A program made the position numbers and the translations under genes. A DNA stretch of 63,107 nt, the filler included, from Octopus bimaculoides (Eukaryota): NCBI RefSeq assembly GCF_001194135.2. It is 6 parts of 6 records of this genome, joined end to end, with 100 filler letters (N's around TTAATTAATTAA, not from the genome) between each part and the next. Parts side by side here need not be neighbours in the genome. Positions count along the whole stretch, not along the records: positions 51,584 to 59,329 come from NC_068988.1; positions 59,430 to 63,107 come from NC_068981.1; 4 more parts are not named here. One strand, written 5' to 3'. Positions 54,038 through 63,107 of this stretch are shown piece by piece. Each line of letters starts with the position of its first letter. Positions within the stretch are counted from its first letter, which is position 1. A model generated the notes under the pieces. That model had not been told where the DNA came from. It did no database searches and saw only the letters and a program-made list of their open reading frames with translations.

Positions 54038-55836
54038 TGTTTACATATACATAAAATATTCGCGAGGATATACGTATCCACACACATATGCACGCAGAGA
54101 TGCACACATACACAGACCATGGACATGCATACATGCATGAAAACACCCTCGCTCACACGCACACACGTACATACATGGTGTTGAACTTTGAGGCGTTATT
54201 CTGTTACTGAAGCACATGCTGTGTTGTTTCTGAACAGCAGTCCTCTATTCTATTGATATGTAGTTTACTGAAACTGAATGTTTTCCTCCCGACTCCAGTT
54301 TCATGCCACTACGATCTTCATGCGAGAATGTTCGTATAAGTTGTGTCTAGAGATAAACGTTCAGCTTCAATAAGCCATATACTCTACAACTTGTATTGAT
54401 CACTCATCTCTCATTTGTTCAACACAATTGAATACGTTTGTATGTGTGTATATNNNNNNNNNNNNNNNNNNNNNNNNNNNNNNNNNNNNNNNNNNNNNNN
54501 NNNNNNNNNNNNNNNNNNNNNNNNNNNNNNNNNNNNNNNNNNNNNNNNNNNNNNNNNNNNNNNNNNNNNNNNNNNNNNNNNNNNNNNNNNNNNNNNNNNN
54601 NNNNNNNNNNNNNNNNNNNNNNNNNNNNNNNNNNNNNNNNNNNNNNNNNNNNNNNNNNNNNNNNNNNNNNNNNNNNNNNNNNNNNNNNNNNNNNNNNNNN
54701 NNNNNNNNNNNNNNNNNNNNNNNNNNNNNNNNNNNNNNNNNNNNNNNNNNNNNNNNNNNNNNNNNNNNNNNNNNNNNNNNNNNNNNNNNNNNNNNNNNNN
54801 NNNNNNNNNNNNNNNNNNNNNNNNNNNNNNNNNNNNNNNNNNNNNNNNNNNNNNNNNNNNNNNNNNNNNNNNNNNNNNNNNNNNNNNNNNNNNNNNNNNN
54901 NNNNNNNNNNNNNNNNNNNNNNNNNNNNNNNNNNNNNNNNNNNNNNNNNNNNNNNNNNNNNNNNNNNNNNNNNNNNNNNNNNNNNNNNNNNNNNNNNNNN
55001 NNNNNNNNNNNNNNNNNNNNNNNNNNNNNNNNNNNNNNNNNNNNNNNNNNNNNNNNNNNNNNNNNNNNNNNNNNNNNNNNNNNNNNNNNNNNNNNNNNNN
55101 NNNNNNNNNNNNNNNNNNNNNNNNNNNNNNNNNNNNNAACATATCTTGAAAGGATACATATCTAAAAATTAAAAAAAAAGAAGGACAAAAAAATTGAATT
55201 TGTTTTGTTCGACCGTAAATTTTTCACTTGTGAATTCATGGATTTGAAAATAAATTAAATCATAAATCGAAGACTGATAACTTGAAGAAAAACAAAACAG
55301 AAACAACCGCATTCACAAATATCAACAATAAACGACATGAAGCAACACTTTTAGCAGCAACAAAAAACGGTCACTATAAGAAAATTAAACAAAAACAAAT
55401 TAAAGCAAAAACTAAATATAATGAAAAAAAAAAACGAAAGGAGAGAAGAATCAAACTTATGTTAAATTTATGACTATAAATATGTAATTGAACAGATGAG
55501 AAACTTCTGCTCCTTATTTTAAGCACCCAGGCAAAAATATTCCCAGCGTCTGTGAATATACACATCGAATGCACAACCTTTATTAAATACTGGCAGCGAA
55601 CGTAATGGCTGCTATTTCTTGTTTCACTTCTTATGTAGTATGTTTTATCCTACCCTGTCCTCACTGACCAACATATTTAGCAATCCCATGATATACCATA
55701 TGTTACGATGTTTCTTTTGTCTTTCCATTAAAGAAGAAACGCCTAATCTGGGAAGAAAGCAAAATGGCGATCTTGAATACTGCAAACGTCGGCCATATTG
55801 AATGAATCAAACAGCAACACACTTGCATATTGTATA

Positions 55837-55941
55837 AACAATGGCCGTTCTAGACTAAACGGTGGTCATTTTGGATCAGACAACGGTTATTTGGGATTAC
55901 ACAGCGGTCATCTGGGATCAAGCAAAGGCCATGTTTATTTT
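55837..55941 (+). repeat. Five degenerate 21-bp tandem units
   Basis: aacaatggccgttctagacta / aacggtggtcattttggatca / gacaacggttatttgggatta / cacagcggtcatctgggatca / agcaaaggccatgtttatttt. Confidence 0.75.
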
Positions 55942-56402
55942 CGTGATTGATTCACTTTCTAAAATACAGGGCATTTATTAATCGCAGTATTTTTGAGTAA
56001 TGACATTTTTTAAAGATGTACATATGTATGCATATATATATATGTATGTATATATATATGTATATATATATACACATATATATATAATATAATATATATT
56101 TATATGTATAAACGTGTGCATATATATATATATATATATGCGTACATACATACATGTATGTATGTGTATATGAATATGTACATATATATTTCCCCCTAGT
56201 TCCAATTGCTTAGAACGTTTCAATTTTACCCATCCCTTTAAATTCCTTAGATCGAAGCATCCCTGAATTAGAGACATTTTAAGAGTATCATTTTGGTAGG
56301 GTTGTATGTATTATCTATTATCTTTCTATCCTCTTCTTACCAAATGCACTTTAATTGGTTGTGCTTTTTGTAAAAACAAAAAAACATAATAATAATAATA
56401 AT

Positions 56403-56451
<49 letters not shown>

Positions 56452-57499
56452 GATTTAAAATTTATGAACGTGTTAGATTTTATTAATTTTTTTACGTCAT
56501 GTTAACTTATTGTACCTGTTTCATCTCTGTAACTAATAAAACTTTGTCTCCCTTATATATATANNNNNNNNNNNNNNNNNNNNNNNNNNNNNNNNNNNNN
56601 NNNNNNNNNNNNNNNNNNNNNNNNNNNNNNNNNNNNNNNNNNNNNNNNNNNNNNNNNNNNNNNNNNNNNNNNNNNNNNNNNNNNNNNNNNNNNNNNNNNN
56701 NNNNNNNNNNNNNNNNNNNNNNNNNNNNNNNNNNNNNNNNNNNNNNNNNNNNNNNNNNNNNNNNNNNNNNNNNNNNNNNNNNNNNNNNNNNNNNNNNNNN
56801 ATATATATATTTAATGACTTTTCAGTCGATATTATTGTTTTTTATTATATTTTTATTTTAATGCCTTTTCTAATATATATGTCATTGTTTTCTATTTACT
56901 GGTTTACAGCTTCTAATTACTTTGAGAGTCACTTACCACTAGGTCGAATGCTACCTAACACAATCCAAGCGGAGAACCCTATATGCAATGCTCAGGCTGC
57001 CAGAAGTAGCAGCCAAATCTCCCATAGATTACATCTTACTTTGTTCGATGATAGAAAGTGGAGTTATAGTTAAGGAAAATGACTGGAAATTCACTGATGG
57101 AACTCCTCTGTCTATTATATGAGGCCAGAAATGGGGCTAAACAAGACAACAATAACTAACAATTTAACCCCAAGGTAACAACCGTACCTCCTAAATATAG
57201 TAGCAAAATCCCGTCTTAAAAAGGTATTGGGTAATATCACTGTACATATACAGTCAAAAAGTAAGACATGATAGTCATGGCTTGAATATCTTTGTTTATT
57301 TGTCTCCTCAATCAGCACGAATTTGGTGGCTAATGAACAACAATAAAAAGTAGTTCAATTTTTTTAAGTTTCACTTTTTACTCTAGTTTCATCGTAGTTT
57401 AATGATGTTTCTGTCATCTTTTTCAGAAATGTTAGCCAAATTTTCAAACTAGTTTTTTCACAACGTTACGTTGATTATAATGACTCATTGTTTTTCGAG

Positions 57500-57563
<64 letters not shown>

Positions 57564-57990
57564 NNNNNNNNNNTGTATGTGTGTGTGTGTGTGTGTGTGT
57601 GTACATTCGTGTTTGTGTCTGTCTGTATTCATGTGTGTGTGTGTGTGTGTATTTATGTGTGGAAGTGTGTATGGTTTCGTTCAATCCTCCATATAAGCGA
57701 CAATGTGAAAATAAATATAGCCATGCACTTTCTAAATCTGGAAACATTTACCCACATAGCACAATTACTCCCAACAATTTAACTGGCAAAATCTAAATAT
57801 GTGTTACGTTACTATTTAGGCAGAGGATATCATCACAGGTAATGGGCGCTCAAGACTACCCTAACATGCCTAAGACCTTGAAAATCTTCTGCCAGTCACC
57901 CGAAATCCTTTTAACCTAAATAGCAAGTGCGATAATTGAAACTATCAAAATAATTTATAAGTTCTAAAATTGCAGAAGAATTCGTTGCTG

Positions 57991-58063
57991 GACAGTTTAG
58001 TTTAATGGTAAAACACTTGACACGTAATCACAGAGATGTGAGCTCGAGTCTCATGGCTGGCCA
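57991..58063 (+). pseudogene. tRNA-like sequence, anticodon loop CACGTAA (Thr-CGT-like), degenerate
   Basis: D arm gttt-aatggta-aaac, T arm gtgag-ctcgagt-ctcat, acceptor gacagtt/ggctggc with a mismatch, broken anticodon stem. Confidence 0.5.
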
Positions 58064-59129
58064 GTAACGTATTTTTCTGCAATATATGGATAATTTATCC
58101 TGATCATGTTATTTATAGCATTATCAGGCGTTTGAGAAATAAATTTATTTCTGTATCTTACAATACATCTCAACGCTTCTAAAAACAAACTCTGTTTGTT
58201 TACTTTCATCGTAAAGTTGAATTTATCAAAATACTGATTTATGTCCTTTGGATAATATATGACAAGTTGACTCACTGATCACTTAAGCTGTGTTGTCAGT
58301 CCCATGAGATTTACAATTCCTTAGGTCACGTATGTAAACTATGAAGGCAGTTTCAAAAGCCGGTACTTAAACCGTTAGTCCGCCTTGAAACACATGCACA
58401 AATTAAATTTTATTATCACCCGTTCGATGCTGCCCTTCGGCAACAATTATACTTCTTCAAATTAATGTAGCCTCTGCAGATGTGAACAATACTACATTCT
58501 CACCAAAATTATAAATACCTTAGACACAAGATTAATTAATTAGTCAGAATTAATTTCTAAGATAAGCCTTGAAAAGAAGTTGCTGTTTTCATCAATAACC
58601 ACAGCCGAGCTATCATCCAAGACGAAACATAAACCCCCGTAAAATTTGATCTGTTTATTACATCTCATGCAAGGTGAACTGGAATTAGCAATACCTTCAA
58701 TTGTGCTGAGAAATTTGTTCAATCAAGGGAGATAACCGTTTCACCAGCCAGCACAATGTGAGTTTTGTTCAAGGATAAGGACAAAAAATTCTGAGTAGCA
58801 AAATGCTGTAAACTGTAACTTATGACCTTATATAATAAATATTTACTCTATCAAAGCTATCGAGTTCTTTTTTACTTTGTTAGGAGTGTTATGTTATGAG
58901 CACGTAATAACACTGATAAATACATCGCTACACACACGTACGTACATACAAACACACACATATAGATACATATAGACATATATTATATTATATTATGTTA
59001 TATTATATTATATTATATTTAATTAGAGGATATGTTGACCTTGTGAAGGGATGGTTGCATCCAAGGAATTACTGGTTCAATACCTACTATTTTTAGGGAA
59101 TGAAATTCCCTTAAAACAGTAGGTATACA

Positions 59130-59275
59130 TTCTTTTCTACTCTAGGTACAAGGCCCGAAACTTTGAGGGGGGCAATCGATTAGATCGACTCCAGTACACA
59201 ACTGGTACGAAATTTATCGACCCCGAAAGGATGAAAGGCAAAGTCGACGTCGGCGGAATTTGAACTCAGAGAAAT
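59130..59275 (-). mobile_element. Family-4 SINE
   Basis: Reverse complement of 38886-39085. Confidence 0.8.
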
Positions 59276-59286
59276 AAAAGATTTGG

Positions 59287-59329
<43 letters not shown>

Positions 59330-59373
59330 NNNNNNNNNNNNNNNNNNNNNNNNNNNNNNNNNNNNNNNNNNNN

Positions 59374-59385
59374 TTAATTAATTAA
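59374..59385. other. Assembly linker in 100-bp pad
   Basis: N44-TTAATTAATTAA-N44. Confidence 0.9.
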
Positions 59386-59454
59386 NNNNNNNNNNNNNNN
59401 NNNNNNNNNNNNNNNNNNNNNNNNNNNNNATATATATATATATATATATACACA

Positions 59455-59585
59455 TATATACGATGGGCTTCTTTCAGTTTCCGTCTACCAAATCCACTCA
59501 CAAGGCTTTGGTCGGCCCGAGGCTATAGTAGAAGACACTTGCCCAAGGTGCCACACAGTGGGACTGAACCCGGAACCATGTGTAA
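59455..59585 (-). mobile_element. Family-1 SINE, 5' half
   Basis: atacgatgggcttctttcagtttccgtctacc..gggactgaacccggaaccatg. Confidence 0.85.
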
Positions 59586-60059
59586 ATAAGTGCAAAGCTC
59601 AAGCACGTCTATGTGATTAAGAAGCAGCTACATGGTTTCAGATTTAGTTCCAATACCCAATACCTTGGGCAAGTGTCTTCCACTATTGCTTTGGGCCAAC
59701 CAATGCAACTGTCCGCTTTCCATGCTGCCATGGGTTAGACAGTTTGACTGAACTGGTAGGCTGGAGAGCTGCACCAAGTTCCAGTCTGATTTGGCATGGT
59801 TTCTATGGCTGGATGCCCTTCCTAACACCAATCACTCTGAGAGTATAATGGGTGCTTTTTATGTGCCACCAGCATAGAGAAAAGTATGCTATTAAAATGA
59901 ATTATCATTTACATAACTCTTTTTAAAAATCACTGTGGATAAATGCCAGCAATGACCTTCTCAGGCTCTCCAATATTTTAATTTCTAAACAAGAAACAAT
60001 CGGGGGCAGGGAGAGGGGTTGCAAAAAATTCATAATTTCTCAAATTTTCTTTTTTGTAG

Positions 60060-61064
60060 CATATAAATGTAATTATGGGGGAAAAGTATTGAAAAGCATC
60101 AATACATGTGAGAGCGATAAAGAAATAAGGCAGGTTGTCTTTGGATGTGCTAGAAACAACAGCCAAATCAACCTTAAATCANNNNNNNNNNNNNNNNNNN
60201 NNNNNNNNNNNNNNNNNNNNNNNNNNNNNNNNNNNNNNNNNNNNNNNNNNNNNNNNNNNNNNNNNNNNNNNNNNNNNNNNNNNNNNNNNNNNNNNNNNNN
60301 NNNNNNNNNNNNNNNNNNNNNNNNNNNNNNNNNNNNNNNNNNNNNNNNNNNNNNNNNNNNNNNNNNNNNNNNNNNNNNNNNNNNNNNNNNNNNNNNNNNN
60401 NNNNNNNNNNNNNNNNNNNNNNNNNNNNNNNNNNNNNNNNNNNNNNNNNNNNNNNNNNNNNNNNNNNNNNNNNNNNNNNNNNNNNNNNNNNNNNNNNNNN
60501 NNNNNNNNNNNNNNNNNNNNNNNNNNNNNNNNNNNNNNNNNNNNNNNNNNNNNNNNNNNNNNNNNNNNNNNNNNNNNNNNNNNNNNNNNNNNNNNNNNNN
60601 NNNNNNNNNNNNNNNNNNNNNNNNNNNNNNNNNNNNNNNNNNNNNNNNNNNNNNNNNNNNNNNNNNNNNNNNNNNNNNNNNNNNNNNNNNNNNNNNNNNN
60701 NNNNNNNNNNNNNNNNNNNNNNNNNNNNNNNNNNNNNNNNNNNNNNNNNNNNNNNNNNNNNNNNNNNNNNNNNNNNNNNNNNNNNNNNNNNNNNNNNNNN
60801 NNNNNNNNNNNNNNNNNNNNNNNNNNNNNNNNNNNNNNNNNNNNNNNNNNNNNNNNNNNNNNNNNNNNNNNNNNNNNNNNNNNNNNNNNNNNNNNNNNNN
60901 NNNNNNNNNNNNNNNNNNNNNNNNNNNNNNNNNNNNNATGTTGCTTTGAGAAGGTAAAACTTGACAAACTGCTTCATCCTCTGTTGTTGGACTACCATGA
61001 TGTTTGTTTAAAAAAGAGAGATTATGACTGTGATAAAATAATGAAAGCAATATTTACTAAGCAA
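60060..61064 (+). CDS. Candidate Cys-containing coding exon(s) of an unidentified gene, spanning a gap
   Basis: Strong acceptor ttttcttttttgtag| then YKCNYGGKVLKSINTCESDKEIRQVVFGCARNNSQINLKS up to the gap. After the gap, CCFEKVKLDKLLHPLLLDYHDVCLKKRDYDCDKIMKAIFTKQ then |gtgagc donor. Non-repetitive composition. Confidence 0.4.
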
Positions 61065-61859
61065 GTGAGCACTATAATACAAAAAAATGATTAGATGTAA
61101 AAATCATTAAAATTATTAGAATTGGAAATCAAATGTGAAAATATTATCAAGTAACTAGCAGAAAACTGCTCAGAGGGAAGTCTTTCTGCTAGTCTAACTA
61201 ATGCCAACATGAAAAATCTACATCAAGACTTTGATAATGATGAGCTTGGTGGTAGGCTGATATCATTTATATGTTACAGTATACAAATTTCATCATTGGA
61301 AAATATTGATTTACATAAGAGATAGTTTTGGCCATTATTTCTGTCTACTTTATTTATCAACTCTGGGAATATCCTAGAGAATTGGTTTCATGATTAGTCC
61401 ATTTGGAAGATAGATTAAATGAATTAGATAATTCTGCAGAAGTATATGAAGATTATCTAAGAATATAAAATTGGATCATTTTGAAACACAGTGAAGATGA
61501 TATTTTAAAGGTATCATGATGTTCGTGCAATAAACCATTGAAGATTTTATTTCCATGTACGTATTCTTAGGTAATCCAGCTTGGTACTGTCCCTCTTTCT
61601 TCAAGCCATACCCACAGAAGTAGAGTTCTATATTGCATGTGAATGAAACATCTATCAAATATGTTGCCCTTCAAAGGTGATTTATCCTAGCCCTGTGCCA
61701 TATATTTACAAGATGAACGGAAATAATTTAGAATTAATTGTCATGACATGGCTGTATGGTTAAAACATTCACTTATCTACAACCGTCACATAATGTCAAG
61801 ACAAACACACAAACACACACATACACACACACACACATACCTACATACACATACCTATG

Positions 61860-62305
61860 AACACACACATATATGTGATAATCTTCTTTCAGTTTCTATC
61901 NNNNNNNNNNNNNNNNNNNNNNNNNNNNNNNNNNNNNNNNNNNNNNNNNNNNNNNNNNNNNNNNNNNNNNNNNNNNNNNNNNNNNNNNNNNNNNNNNNNN
62001 NNNNNNNNNNNNNNNNNNNNNNNNNNNNNNNNNNNNNNNNNNNNNNNNAGAATTAATTGTCATGACATGGCTGTATGGTTAAAACATTCACTTATCTACA
62101 CATACACACACACACACACATACCTACATAAACATACCTATGAACACACACATATATGTGATAATCTTCTTTCAGTTTCTATCTACCAAATCCACTTACA
62201 AGGCTTTGACTGGTCAAGGTTATAGTAGAAGACACTTACCCATGTGGGACTGAACCCTAGACCACATGGTTGCAAAGCAAGCTTCTTACCACACAACTAC
62301 ACTTG
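61860..62305 (-). mobile_element. Family-1 SINE, 5' half (partly duplicated across gap)
   Basis: ttctttcagtttctatctaccaaatccacttacaagg..aagcttcttaccacacaac. Confidence 0.7.
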
Positions 62306-62324
62306 CACTTATAATAATCCTTTC

Positions 62325-62510
62325 TACTATAGGCACAAGGTCTTAAATTCTGGGGGAGGGTGGAGCCAGTCGATCAGACCGACCTCAGTATGCAACTGGT
62401 ACTTAATTTATCGACCTCGAAAGGAGGAAAGGCAAAGTCGACCTCAGCGGAATTTGAACTCAGAACATAATGGCAGACGAAATATCACTAAGAAGTTCAG
62501 CTGGCTTGCA
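62325..62510 (-). mobile_element. Family-4 SINE
   Basis: ggcaaagtcgacctcagcggaatttgaactcagaac. Confidence 0.8.
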
Positions 62511-62629
62511 CTCATAATAATAGTGAAAAATATATTAAAATATACTGCCTTGAAATGCTGACAACATCTATTCTGTCACCAGTTTCAATAATTATCCTGC
62601 AGTCATACTGGAACACTAGTTTCAAATGT

Positions 62630-63012
62630 TTTAGTTGATGATAGTGTCCCTAATGTTTACTTCCATGTTCTGTTTTCTAACACACATGGGCATGCCTTCA
62701 AAGTCGGAAAACAGCACAGCTCCCATGACTTTTGGAAATATTTTTTCACACTCAGAATTGCTGAAGCATGGAACAAACTACCTGCATCAGTTGTTAGCTG
62801 CCAAGACATTGCATCCTTTAAAACCTCCATGCTTCCTGAAATTTGCCAACACTACACCTAATATCCACCCCCTCCATACACATGCACACATGTATATCAT
62901 GACTCTTACTCAGTTCACTTTCCTGACTTTTGCACATCTTTCTATGTGCTGTCCATGCACCTTTGATGAGTTGTAGTGCACCTGAGCACTATACACAATA
63001 ATTTCATTATTA
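62630..63012 (+). mobile_element. CR1-clade LINE 3' end
   Basis: HGHAFKVGKQHSSHDFWKYFFTLRIAEAWNKLPASVVSCQDIASFKTSM..* matches the CR1 ORF2 C-terminus; followed by 3'UTR. Confidence 0.8.
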
Positions 63013-63062
63013 CAATAAAAGGAACTCACTTGTATGCATCACATTACACTGGATTCAACAAA

Positions 63063-63107
<45 letters not shown>

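Noticed and set aside
58560-58760. KFDLFITSHA (TIR-like start) and a GTGAGT donor
   Set aside because: Flanked by in-frame stops; too short to support a call.
61730-62183. Duplicated aattaattgtcatgacatggctg.. block either side of a gap
   Set aside because: Most likely two haplotypes or overlapping contig ends, not a real tandem repeat.

Overview
AT-rich, repeat-dense animal genomic DNA from a gappy draft assembly. The SINE families, the (TA)/(TG)/(CATA) microsatellite load and the transposon mix look like an octopus genome; this is my recognition, not a database result. No host gene can be named, and most ORF-track entries are microsatellite or N-gap artefacts. Recognisable content is decayed mobile DNA: one complete Chapaev3-type DNA transposon (5.3-8.2 kb), three mariner remnants, RTE and CR1/L2 LINE fragments, two Penelope-like GIY-YIG fragments with hairpin or hammerhead-like sequences, and many tRNA-derived SINEs. 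The most notable structure involves two lineages of R4/Dong-clade non-LTR retrotransposons with a restriction-like endonuclease. Each forms a head-to-tail stack joined at its own microsatellite tail: (CATA)n at 18.1-25.6 kb and (TAA)n at 35.8-37.6 kb. This suggests microsatellite-targeted self-nesting with two different target specificities. Several low-confidence orphan exon candidates are present, the best at 60.0-61.1 kb. Five 100-bp pads (N44-TTAATTAATTAA-N44) are artificial scaffold joins, so contiguity across them is not guaranteed.
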